This document shows, one piece after another, positions 1 through 8,266 of a DNA stretch of 13,309 nt (its first letter is position 1; every line of letters begins with the position of its first letter). Source of the DNA: Deltaproteobacteria bacterium (GTDB lineage: Bacteria; UBA10199; GCA-002796325; JACPFF01); assembly GCA_016183125.1 (NCBI GenBank), contig JACPFG010000072.1:1-13309 (forward strand), given 5' to 3'. The notes below the pieces were generated by a model, which was not told the origin of the DNA, made no database searches, and was given only the letters and a program-made list of their open reading frames with translations. The translations under genes and the position numbers were made by a program.

Positions 1-53
1 AGTAACTCCCCCTAGCCCCCTCTTAAATTAAGAGGGGGGAAGGGGGGAGTTAT
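1..53. repeat. GC-rich imperfect inverted repeat / stem-loop centred on nt 27. Inner arms CCCCCTCTTAA and TTAAGAGGGGG pair perfectly; the outer C5 and G6 runs pair, and AGTAACT pairs with AGTTAT. Possible intrinsic terminator of an upstream gene, or a REP-like element.
   Basis: Read directly: tcttaa-a-ttaaga core palindrome extended by C-runs against G-runs; followed by a moderately T-rich stretch (gttatgtcgttgtgtat). Confidence 0.35.
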
Positions 54-308
54 GTCGTTGTGTATGACGTGCTTTCGGAAAGCGGCGAGGCGGGGGCGGG
101 GGATGAGGGATATGCGGAGTCCGCCAACGCTTTGTGGCGGACGCGGCTAAGGCCGACGAGCCTCGTAAAGGCGAGTCGAGCCGGCCCGAATCCACCGACC
201 CCGGCCGAGGCCGCATCCGATGTGCGAGATGCGTGCGTCGCACAAGGGCTATTATGTTATTCCGAAATTACGCAGACCTCGGCATCCGACCGACATTACG
301 AGTTACTA

Positions 309-337
309 TTGCCGAACCGCTCGTTTTCTACTATAGC
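309..337 (+). promoter_or_regulatory. Candidate sigma70-type promoter for the prohibitin gene (TTGCCG-17nt-TATAGC)
   Basis: Hexamers with 17-nt spacing in an AT-richer stretch about 50 nt upstream of ATG 383. Weak match, by eye only. Confidence 0.2.
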
Positions 338-382
338 GACTCCGTGATGAACGTAATTCCGCTTCCACGAAAGGGGAGTGTA

Positions 383-1174
383 ATGCCAAACATGAAAATG
401 GTCGGATATCTGACCGGTGGCATCCTGCTGCTGCTGATCGCGCTATCTGCCAATCCGTTCGTGATGATCGGCGCCGGCGAACGGGGGGTAGTTATGCAGC
501 TGGGGGCCGTGCAGGAGAAGGTCCTGGAAGAGGGGCTCCATTTCCGGGTCCCGTTCGTACAACGGGTAGTCGTGATCGATGTTAGGACGCAAAAGATGCA
601 GGTAAACGCCCCCTCGTACAGCCGCGACCTGCAGAACGTCGACACCGTTATCGCCCTTAATTTTCACGTCGATCCGACACGGGTAAACAAGCTCTGGCAG
701 GAGATCGGACGGGACTTCGAGGGTCGGATCATCCATCCGGCGATACAAGAATCGGTTAAGGCGGCCACGGCCCAGTTCACCGCGGCCGAGCTGGTGGAAA
801 AGCGCCCGATGGTTAAGGACGAGATCAAGAGCATCCTACAGGAGCGGCTTGGCGGGCGCTATCTCCTGGTGGACGATTTCTCCATCGTCGATTTCAAGTT
901 TTCCGAATCCTACGAGAAGGCGATCGAGGAGAAGCAGGTCGCGCAGCAGCAGGCCCTAAAGGCGGAAAACGATCTGCGCCGGATTCAGGTGGAGGCCGAG
1001 CAACGGGTCGCCACCGCAAAGGCCGAGGCCGAGGCCATAAGGATTACAGCCGAGGCCCTGCGGCAGAATCCGGACCTGATTCAGTTGGAGGCGGTGAAGA
1101 AATGGGACGGCAAGATGCCGCAGTTTGCCGGGGGCGGATCGATGCCGTTTATCAACCTTCCCACGGGAAGATAG
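383..1174 (+). CDS. SPFH / band-7 / prohibitin-family membrane protein
   Basis: ORF 134-1174. The likely start is ATG 383 ([10 protein letters not shown]...), preceded by AAAGGGGAG. It has an N-terminal TM helix ([18 protein letters not shown]), then a PHB-domain-like core and a C-terminal coiled coil ([37 protein letters not shown]). Stop TAG 1172-1174. Confidence 0.85.
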   Translation: MPNMKMVGYLTGGILLLLIALSANPFVMIGAGERGVVMQLGAVQEKVLEEGLHFRVPFVQRVVVIDVRTQKMQVNAPSYSRDLQNVDTVIALNFHVDPTRVNKLWQEIGRDFEGRIIHPAIQESVKAATAQFTAAELVEKRPMVKDEIKSILQERLGGRYLLVDDFSIVDFKFSESYEKAIEEKQVAQQQALKAENDLRRIQVEAEQRVATAKAEAEAIRITAEALRQNPDLIQLEAVKKWDGKMPQFAGGGSMPFINLPTGR

Positions 1175-1511
1175 GGGACGGTTTACGCATGGCCTTGACC
1201 CCCGCCCGGTGACGTTTGTCGGCAAGCATCCGCTCCTTCGAACGGCGCGAACGCAGTCGTTTTTGCCGGCGGATCTTTTCTCGGCGCTGCTCCTCGGCGC
1301 TGGCAGCCCCCAATAGTTTGGCCTCCAGCTTTTCGCACAGCAAACGTCGCGCAAGAAAACGATTGATCGCCTGGCTCCGCTCCCTCTGGCATTTGACCTC
1401 TATCCCGGTAGGCCGGTGGCGCAACACCACGCAGGTGGAGGTCTTGTTGACCTTCTGCCCGCCGGCCCCCGACGATCGCGGATCCCAAGTCGCGCCATTC
1501 GGGCCGCCAGT
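1152..1511 (-). CDS. GGQ-domain peptidyl-tRNA hydrolase of the class-I release-factor family (ArfB/YaeJ-like alternative ribosome-rescue factor) with a basic C-terminal tail. The frame is anomalous. It has no ATG/GTG/TTG between an in-frame TGA (1512-1514) and the GGQ motif. The same frame continues upstream as a 24-codon ATG-initiated ORF (ATG at 1584-1586), giving 144 codons overall. Possible pseudogene or recoded gene.
   Basis: My translation of the - strand reads ...[58 protein letters not shown]...[19 protein letters not shown]... This matches the RF GGQ domain ([13 protein letters not shown]...PTGIxVxCQxERSQ) and the ArfB tail (KERRLASK...VKAMRGK, from memory). The ORF track fragments it into 1152-1430 (GTG start downstream of GGQ) and a wrong-frame 1183-1515. 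Confidence 0.6.
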   Translation of the reverse strand, partial: TGGPNGATWDPRSSGAGGQKVNKTSTCVVLRHRPTGIEVKCQRERSQAINRFLARRLLCEKLEAKLLGAASAEEQRREKIRRQKRLRSRRSKERMLADKRHRAGVKAMRKPSPIFPWEG

Positions 1512-1607
1512 TCATTCCCCTTTGCCGGAGATACGGGCCAATTCATAGAGCGTCCTTTCGTAGACCGCATAGGCAAGTTCGATCATCGCCGACTATATAG
1601 AAAGGGC

Positions 1608-1636
1608 TTGGCGAGTCGCAACGTCTTTGGTATAAA
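1608..1636 (+). promoter_or_regulatory. Near-consensus sigma70 promoter TTGGCG-17nt-TATAAA driving the histone-fold gene. It is divergent from the ArfB-like gene.
   Basis: -35 at 1608-1613 and -10 at 1631-1636, with exactly 17-nt spacing. The SD AAAGGAG (1652-1658) is 6 nt before ATG 1665. Confidence 0.45.
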
Positions 1637-1664
1637 ACCGCCCCACTTAAGAAAGGAGCTCCAG

Positions 1665-1868
1665 ATGAGCGATGTATTGGTAGTGGCCTCGAAGGTGAAG
1701 CAGTATATCAAGGGGAAGTCCGATATGAACGTCTCGGCCAGCACGCTCGCGGCCCTGACCGATCTGGTCAAAAAGGCCTGCGACGGCGCGATCGAGAAGG
1801 CAAAGCAGGAGGGCCGGAAGACCGTGATGGATCGGGACTTTGGCGATAACGCCTGCACCCAGGTCTAG
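1665..1868 (+). CDS. 67-aa bacterial histone-fold protein (singlet histone, HBb/Bd0055-like; candidate nucleoid-associated protein)
   Basis: MSDVLVVASKVKQYIKGKSDMNVSASTLAALTDLVKKACDGAIEKAKQEGRKTVMDRDFGDNACTQV. The C-terminal AKQEGRKTVMDRD aligns with archaeal HMfB AKHAGRKTIKAEDI (the RKT loop-L2 motif). The N-terminal VLVVxSKVKxxIK pattern matches bacterial histones as I recall them. Strong SD and promoter. ATG is internal to track ORF 1416-1868. Confidence 0.75.
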   Translation: MSDVLVVASKVKQYIKGKSDMNVSASTLAALTDLVKKACDGAIEKAKQEGRKTVMDRDFGDNACTQV

Positions 1869-1901
1869 ACAGGGCGAAATCTCCTCGCAACTTTTTCTCT
1901 T
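1869..1901 (+). terminator. Weak candidate intrinsic terminator after the histone-fold gene (GCGAaatctccTCGC followed by AACTTTTTCTCTTT)
   Basis: Short 4-bp stem plus a T-rich tract. Weak. Confidence 0.2.
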
Positions 1902-1952
1902 TACCGCCGATAAATAGTGATAGAGAGGAGTGCAAGAGGGGTTCTGCGCCGC

Positions 1953-3308
1953 ATGACTGCTAACTATTTGAAATTACAGTTATTCGTTTTGGCGGGGGAG
2001 CCGGTGCGGCCTTTCCCCCCGGATCCGCATGGTCTCCCAGAGGCTAATCCGCAGGCACCTAAGGCGCCTCTGCCGCCGCAACCAGGCCGATTGCCGTTTA
2101 GCCCCCAGCCGCCGGGCCAGGTAATAAGGGGGCCTTGGGCACCGAGTCCATCTACCCCACCAGTGGTAATACCACCAGTTGCAGGACCATTGATCGTTGG
2201 AGCGATTCTGGCACTCATTATCGGTGGACCGGGGGATATACCAGCCGCTCCGTTACCAAGGAGAGATAGCTACGGATGGGACCGCGCCCGTAGGCGTAGT
2301 CACGCTGGCGATCCGGTCACGCCACCAAAACCGGAACGGTTGCTGGAAGAACGGATGCGTTGTCTGGAAGACGAACGCCGCCGGTTTCTTAACAACGGCG
2401 ACACGGACGGCGCTGGCAGGGTGGCCGCCGAACTGGCCGCGGCAGAGGGGCAACTGGCCGATTTTCACGCGTCCGGCCCCTTGGCGAATGGCCAGCACCA
2501 ATTACCCGCCGCTGGCGGTGGGCTATTTACAGAGACATGGACACGCGCCGGGGAGATATTCGCTACCGCCGGAAATATTCATCCGGATGGCGCAGCCAGT
2601 TCGGCGCAAGTGTCGAATATTGAAGATGAACATACGGAACCTGGGTCGTCGCATTTGGCATGGCAGTTAAACGACATTGCAAGCGCTACCGAACTCCTTA
2701 GATATCTTCGCGGTCTCTCACCAAGGACGCAATTTCGCCTGCCTGATGGAAACCAGATCGGTAAGCGGGCGCTCCAATTAGCGGTCCTTGACTGGATCAA
2801 TCGCCTAGGCAGGGAGATTGTTATACCAAAGAAGGGGCACAAACCGCCGCCGGAGCCGGTGTTGCCGGCGGATATACAAAAAAAACTGGCTGATCTCAAA
2901 CCGGTCCTAAAGGCATACACCGAGGAGAAAGCGGCAGCAGCGAATAAGGCCCTATTTATGCGGCTGTCACCGCCAGAGCTGCCCCCGACCCGTGCCGCCC
3001 TGGAAATAATCGGCTGGAAAGGACTTGAGCTGGCAGGGTGGCCCGAGACATGGTCGTGGACATTTGGGAGCGGGAGAAATGGCAAGGCGCCCGATCTGGT
3101 TGTCGGCGCGACCCAGGCCTCCGGAATGCACGGGACGATCACGTGGGACGGGAATAATTTTGTGATTTCAGTGGAAGGTCGGAATGGTCTCTATGTTAAC
3201 GGAATACATTACCAGAAGGGCGCAAATGTCACATTAAAACCGAGGCAGGAATTTTTCATCGGCCACCAAAAAGGGGGCCTCCGTGTCCGGCTGGTCTTGC
3301 TCCCCTAA
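1953..3308 (+). CDS. Proline-rich, single-pass membrane protein with a C-terminal FHA (forkhead-associated, phosphothreonine-binding) domain
   Basis: ORF 1917-3308; the track start is GTG, and a more likely start is ATG 1953 (MTANYL...). It has a Pro-rich N-terminus (PQAPKAPLPPQPGRLPFSPQPP...), a TM helix PLIVGAILALIIGGPG (about nt 2184-2231), and a C-terminal FHA signature FGSGRNGKAPDLVVG...SGMHGTITWDGNNFVISVEGRNGLYVNGIHYQKG...FIGHQ...LRV. Confidence 0.8.
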   Translation: MTANYLKLQLFVLAGEPVRPFPPDPHGLPEANPQAPKAPLPPQPGRLPFSPQPPGQVIRGPWAPSPSTPPVVIPPVAGPLIVGAILALIIGGPGDIPAAPLPRRDSYGWDRARRRSHAGDPVTPPKPERLLEERMRCLEDERRRFLNNGDTDGAGRVAAELAAAEGQLADFHASGPLANGQHQLPAAGGGLFTETWTRAGEIFATAGNIHPDGAASSAQVSNIEDEHTEPGSSHLAWQLNDIASATELLRYLRGLSPRTQFRLPDGNQIGKRALQLAVLDWINRLGREIVIPKKGHKPPPEPVLPADIQKKLADLKPVLKAYTEEKAAAANKALFMRLSPPELPPTRAALEIIGWKGLELAGWPETWSWTFGSGRNGKAPDLVVGATQASGMHGTITWDGNNFVISVEGRNGLYVNGIHYQKGANVTLKPRQEFFIGHQKGGLRVRLVLLP

Positions 3309-3327
3309 AACTCCAGCGACAGCGTGA
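3307..3327. repeat. Left copy of the 21-bp direct repeat AAAACTCCAGCGACAGCGTGA. On the - strand it reads ...RFTLSLEF-stop, a relic of the OMP gene 3' end.
   Basis: Exact 21/21 match to 4049-4069. Flanking bases are also similar (cggttc vs cgtctc). It overlaps the FHA gene stop TAA 3306-3308. Confidence 0.7.
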
Positions 3328-3348
3328 ACCGGCCGAGGGGTCGAAGGA

Positions 3349-3377
3349 TTGACAGAGACGTCATAATTATGATACTC
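3349..3377 (+). promoter_or_regulatory. vapBC promoter/operator. -35 TTGACA (3349-3354); a perfect 12-bp palindrome TCATAATTATGA (3361-3372) overlaps the -10 region (GATACT 3371-3376) and is a likely VapB RHH operator.
   Basis: Consensus -35 read directly. A perfect palindrome immediately upstream of an RHH-antitoxin gene is the classic autoregulatory layout. Confidence 0.4.
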
Positions 3378-3399
3378 ATACCTTCGGAGGGGGGTGGAT

Positions 3400-3642
3400 A
3401 TGGCGACCTCTGTGCGCACGACCATCGTGCTTCCCGGCGAAAAACTGAAGGAGCTCAAACGGCTCGCGTTTGAGCAGGGTTCCACGATCGGCCGGCTGGT
3501 GAACGAGGCCTTGGACCGGGTGTTTTTCAAGCGGCGGAAACAACGGCGGTTTCATGACCTTCGGGGTCTCTGGAAGGGGCGGCGGTTTAGTGAAAGCGCC
3601 ATTGAGGCGGCGAAACTCCGGATGAAGACCTTTCCGTCATGA
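3400..3642 (+). CDS. vapB: Ribbon-helix-helix (CopG/VapB-type) antitoxin
   Basis: MATSVRTTIVLPGEKLKELKRLAFEQGSTIGRLVNEALDRVF... SD GGAGGGGGG (3387-3395). Stop TGA overlaps the vapC ATG (ATGA at 3639-3642). The track ORF starts at GTG 3394. Confidence 0.8.
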   Translation: MATSVRTTIVLPGEKLKELKRLAFEQGSTIGRLVNEALDRVFFKRRKQRRFHDLRGLWKGRRFSESAIEAAKLRMKTFPS

Positions 3643-4031
3643 CGTACGTGCCCGATACCCATGCCTTGGTGTGGTTTCTCGCCAATGATCCGCGTTTGGG
3701 TCGCCGCGCCGGGATGGTGTTTCAGGAGGCCGCAGCGCAGTTCGCTGTGCCCACTCTCGTGCTCTGCGAGATGCACTATTTGGCGGAGCGGGAACGCATT
3801 GCCAGGGACATGGCCAAGATCCTCGACTATATGCGGGGCGACGATCGCTTCGCCCTGATCCCCTTGGATGAGAACGTTATTAGGCATCTCCCCGGGGGCC
3901 TGGACATTCATGATGGCATTATCGTTGCCACGGCGCTTGCCGTCGGCATGGCACGAAAGACCAAATCCATTCTTGTCACCCGCGATGCCGACATCCGCCG
4001 CGCGGGCCTGGTCGAAACTATTTGGGAGTAA
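3639..4031 (+). CDS. vapC: PIN-domain ribonuclease toxin VapC
   Basis: 130 aa. Conserved acidic residues: D6 (VPDTHAL), E (LCEMHYLAE), D (IHDGIIVATA) and D (VTRDADI). 4-nt overlap with vapB. Confidence 0.85.
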   Translation: MTYVPDTHALVWFLANDPRLGRRAGMVFQEAAAQFAVPTLVLCEMHYLAERERIARDMAKILDYMRGDDRFALIPLDENVIRHLPGGLDIHDGIIVATALAVGMARKTKSILVTRDADIRRAGLVETIWE

Positions 4032-4046
4032 GAGCGCGTAACGAAA

Positions 4047-5699
4047 TCAAAACTCCAGCGACAGCGTGAGACGTCCCCCGTACGCGGGATTGGCCTTGTC
4101 GTACGGCATCGTGGCGACGATCGAGCCCGGATCGATCAGCCCGACATCGATATTATAAGCGCTCCCCGGCCAGAGATAGCCTGCCTCGAGGCTGGTGAAG
4201 AGGTGATCGAAGAAGCGGGCCTCTGCGACCAGGTCGAATTCAACACCGTACCATTTCCCCCGGCTCTCGATCGAGGGCATATTGGCGTTCCCCAGGATCT
4301 CGGCGAAATTAAGGCTCACAGGCGGCTTGTGCGCCCAGGCGGTGATCACCCGCCCACCTACCTTAAACTCATTGGCCGACCTAATCGCCCGGCGGATATC
4401 GAGCCGGTGCAGATATGTCGCCCCGCCGTAGAAGGCGTTATTGATGAAATTGCCGGTGATCGGCACGCCGCCGGTAAGGGTAGCACCGGTCGTCCCGTTT
4501 CGCAGTGTCGGCGATGTTCCAAGCGGGTGGTGGAATAGGAGCAGGCCGAGATTATAGTCCGGCCGGAAGCCGAACTGTGTGATCCGCTGCGAGAGCGGTG
4601 TTGCATCCCCCTCGGCAAAACCTCCCTGCAGCTTCCACTCTCCGCCCCAGTCGTAGGTCCCCTCCGCCTCGACGGCAGCTAGATTAACAGCCAGGTCCTG
4701 CTTGGCCGGCAGCTGGATTATCCCGGGGGCGGCAAGGCCCGTGAATGGGATGGCATTTAGGGCCACACCTGTGGAGATCTTGCCGCCCAGCCGCACATAT
4801 TCGAAGGCCACCTTGTGGTGCGGATCGATCTTCACCCGGCCATACGCATCTAGAAAATACATAAGCGTGTCGCCGTCTATGCCTGCGGCCTGGGTGACAC
4901 CGTTGATGTCCGTCGCCGTCGTCGTGGTGCCAGTGCTCCCGTCCCGCCTGCGCAGGCCCCCATAGGCCCCCACCGCAAAGCGGGGCTCCTCATAGAAGGC
5001 GACCAGGGCATACTGGTTCGTATCCTGCCCGTTATCCCGAATGGCTGTGCCCAGCCCCCCGATCCGCGGGTCCCGCTGGGCCTCGAACGCGATGTCCCAT
5101 AGCGCGCCGACCGTCAGGGCCCCATCGGTGCCGATCGCCTGCTGGGTTAAGAACATCACCCGGTCGGCCGTGTCGCCAAAATCACCCTGTCGGTGGTTGC
5201 CGTCGTTCTGGAAGATCCCCAGCCCCCAGTGAGAGGGCTGGCGCCCTGCGCGCAATTTGCCAATCGGCGTGAAGATGTCGATCCACGCGCGGCGCACGTT
5301 GAGACTGCGGTTTTCGCCCGCCTCGCTCCCGACCACACTCAAACTCCCCGCGCCGGCGGGGAGCGTGATCGTGCCCACCACCGGTGAGAGGACCTCCAGT
5401 TGTTTGGTCGCCTGGCTGCCGAAGGTCAGATTGTCGAGGATATCGAACTGGGTGTGGAGAGAGAGAAAATCGTTTACCTTGAGTGTCGGTTCCACCCGCA
5501 GGCGCATCTGGTTGTACTGGATAAGGCCGAACCGGTCGTTCGTATTTGCCAGGGTGCTCGGCCTCTGTGTATCAAGATCTTGAAGCGCCGACCCTCTGAG
5601 CCGATAGTAACCGTGCGCGGCAAAATCAACCGCGTGGCCAAGGCGGGGAGAGAGGACGCAGCAAAGTAATGCCGGCAACAACCGCGCGATCGCTTTCAT
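4047..5699 (-). CDS. Outer-membrane beta-barrel protein, 550 aa, with signal peptide and C-terminal Phe
   Basis: N-terminal MKAIARLLPALLCCVLSPRLGHA signal peptide. Alternating hydrophobic beta-strand pattern, rich in G/Y/N/D. C-terminal ...GGRLTLSLEF, the aromatic terminus typical of the OMP beta-signal. No family assignment is possible by eye. Confidence 0.75.
   Translation of the reverse strand: MKAIARLLPALLCCVLSPRLGHAVDFAAHGYYRLRGSALQDLDTQRPSTLANTNDRFGLIQYNQMRLRVEPTLKVNDFLSLHTQFDILDNLTFGSQATKQLEVLSPVVGTITLPAGAGSLSVVGSEAGENRSLNVRRAWIDIFTPIGKLRAGRQPSHWGLGIFQNDGNHRQGDFGDTADRVMFLTQQAIGTDGALTVGALWDIAFEAQRDPRIGGLGTAIRDNGQDTNQYALVAFYEEPRFAVGAYGGLRRRDGSTGTTTTATDINGVTQAAGIDGDTLMYFLDAYGRVKIDPHHKVAFEYVRLGGKISTGVALNAIPFTGLAAPGIIQLPAKQDLAVNLAAVEAEGTYDWGGEWKLQGGFAEGDATPLSQRITQFGFRPDYNLGLLLFHHPLGTSPTLRNGTTGATLTGGVPITGNFINNAFYGGATYLHRLDIRRAIRSANEFKVGGRVITAWAHKPPVSLNFAEILGNANMPSIESRGKWYGVEFDLVAEARFFDHLFTSLEAGYLWPGSAYNIDVGLIDPGSIVATMPYDKANPAYGGRLTLSLEF
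4049..4069. repeat. Right copy of the 21-bp direct repeat AAAACTCCAGCGACAGCGTGA. It forms the functional 3' end (…RLTLSLEF-stop) of the OMP gene.
   Basis: Exact match to 3307-3327. Confidence 0.7.
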
Positions 5700-5730
5700 T
5701 TGGTGCCCGCGGTTGTAGCCCAGGCGGTTT

Positions 5731-5772
5731 AAAAAAGCAAACGGGGCGAGGAGAAGATCCCCTCGCCCCGTT
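5731..5772 (-). terminator. Rho-independent terminator of the groESL operon. Stem CGGGGCGAGG/CCTCGCCCCG with a 9-nt loop; a U-tract on the - strand from the A6 run at 5731-5736.
   Basis: Perfect 10-bp GC-rich inverted repeat 5742-5751/5761-5770, read directly. Located 28 nt downstream of the groEL stop. Confidence 0.6.
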
Positions 5773-5797
5773 AAGCATTGCCTAAAATAGCCGCTGC

Positions 5798-7375
<1,578 letters not shown>

Positions 7376-7678
7376 CTATGCGTTGACTACACCCAAGACA
7401 TCATCCTCGCGAACAATCAGGTATTCCTGCCCTTCCATTTTGATCTCACTGCCAGAGTACTTGCTGAAGAGGATCCGGTCTCCGACCTTGACATCAAGCG
7501 TGCGGGTCTGCCCGTTTTCAAGGACCTTTCCGTTCCCCACCGCGATCACTTCACCCTCTTGTGGCTTCTCCTTGGCGGTATCGGGGATGATGATTCCGAC
7601 CTTGCTCTTCTCCTCCTCCGAGATCCGTTTCACTAGGATACGGTCTTGGAGCGGTCGAATCTTTGGCTTTGCTGCCAT
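7376..7678 (-). CDS. groES: Co-chaperonin GroES (Cpn10), 100 aa
   Basis: [50 protein letters not shown]... SD AAAGGAGGGTG before ATG 7678. The track ORF 7376-7792 is over-extended. Confidence 0.93.
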   Translation of the reverse strand: MAAKPKIRPLQDRILVKRISEEEKSKVGIIIPDTAKEKPQEGEVIAVGNGKVLENGQTRTLDVKVGDRILFSKYSGSEIKMEGQEYLIVREDDVLGVVNA

Positions 7679-7689
7679 GGCACCCTCCT

Positions 7690-7922
7690 TTAAAATTGGT
7701 TTGACCAGATCGCCTCCCCTCCAGCACCCCACGCTTGAGCGTTGCGATCTTGGCCCTGGCCTTCTGGTCGATGCCCGCCTCGCCTCTGACATACTGGATC
7801 ATAGCCCGCTTGATCTCCTGGGTCATTACATCAGGGTCGTCGGTCTCGATAAGGCCACCTGCCATCAGGGCGCGCCCAATTGCGTGGGCAAGAGAGCTTA
7901 TTCTTTCATCGGATAGAAGCAT
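7690..7922 (-). CDS. Small hypothetical protein (gene B), translationally coupled to the upstream gene by TAATG. As sequenced the frame has no stop until 7551 and so runs 128 nt into groES. Restoring one base in a G-run around 7716-7720 would end it at TAA 7690-7692, just before the groES SD.
   Basis: [66 protein letters not shown]... looks protein-like up to the G-runs, then degenerates ([21 protein letters not shown]). The -1 frame there reads ...[10 protein letters not shown]-stop. Confidence 0.4.
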
Positions 7923-8200
7923 TACAGGACAAATCCCCTCTTCTTGGCCAGCTCCTTCTTTATCAACTGGAATGCGCGGGCCTCGTCGATCACCGCAGAA
8001 TGCTTGCGCAACTGGGCCTGCAGTAGGCGATTGGCCTCCTCCTCCAGTGCTCGCTCGGTGGCTTGGTCGTCCTCCAGGAGTGTCGCGATCCGCCCGGCTA
8101 CGGAAGCAGGATCGGCCCGTAGCCTTACCCCTTTTTGTGTCTCCAGGGACCGAGTAATCGCCCGAGAGATCCCCGCCACATGTTGGCGACGCAATTTCAT
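7922..8200 (-). CDS. Small hypothetical protein (gene A, 92 aa). It is the first gene of a two-gene unit upstream of groES.
   Basis: MKLRRQHVAGISRAITRSLETQKGVRLRADPASVAGRIATLLEDDQATERALEEEANRLLQAQLRKHSAVIDEARAFQLIKKELAKKRGFVL. SD GAGGGG sits 6 nt before ATG (rc of 8198-8200). The stop overlaps the gene B start (TAATG). The longer track ORF 7922-8350 would overlap the divergent promoter. Confidence 0.55.
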   Translation of the reverse strand: MKLRRQHVAGISRAITRSLETQKGVRLRADPASVAGRIATLLEDDQATERALEEEANRLLQAQLRKHSAVIDEARAFQLIKKELAKKRGFVL

Positions 8201-8230
8201 CCAATTCCCCTCTACCCCCTGTACAAACCG

Positions 8231-8259
8231 TTGACAAGTCCCATTGCAAGGGCTTAAGC
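8231..8259 (+). promoter_or_regulatory. Candidate promoter TTGACA-17nt-TTAAGC ending about 7 nt before the DAHP synthase ATG. This implies a leaderless or near-leaderless mRNA.
   Basis: Perfect -35 hexamer at 8231-8236. Weak -10. No SD upstream of ATG 8267. Confidence 0.3.
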
Positions 8260-8266
8260 AGCCCGC

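Noticed and set aside
28-347. ORFs 28-243 (-) and 60-347 (+) upstream of prohibitin
   Set aside because: Pro/Arg-rich low-complexity translations with no start context. This region is more likely the prohibitin 5' UTR or a promoter.
1183-1515. The - strand ORF with KAGGQTIGG, suggesting a GGQ motif
   Set aside because: Wrong frame. The real GGQ ([13 protein letters not shown]) is in the 1152-1430 frame; this one arises by chance from G-rich sequence.
1515-1560. Bacterial SECIS-like hairpin downstream of the in-frame TGA of the ArfB-like gene
   Set aside because: GC-rich partial complementarity (GGCGGCCC ... GGGCCGGC) exists, but it is not distinguishable from background in 60-70% GC DNA. 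Selenocysteine cannot be claimed without sel genes.
7679-7920. Search for a CIRCE (TTAGCACTC-N9-GAGTGCTAA) HrcA operator upstream of groES
   Set aside because: Only a weak resemblance (AGCACCCCACGCTTGAGCG). No convincing inverted repeat, so none is called.
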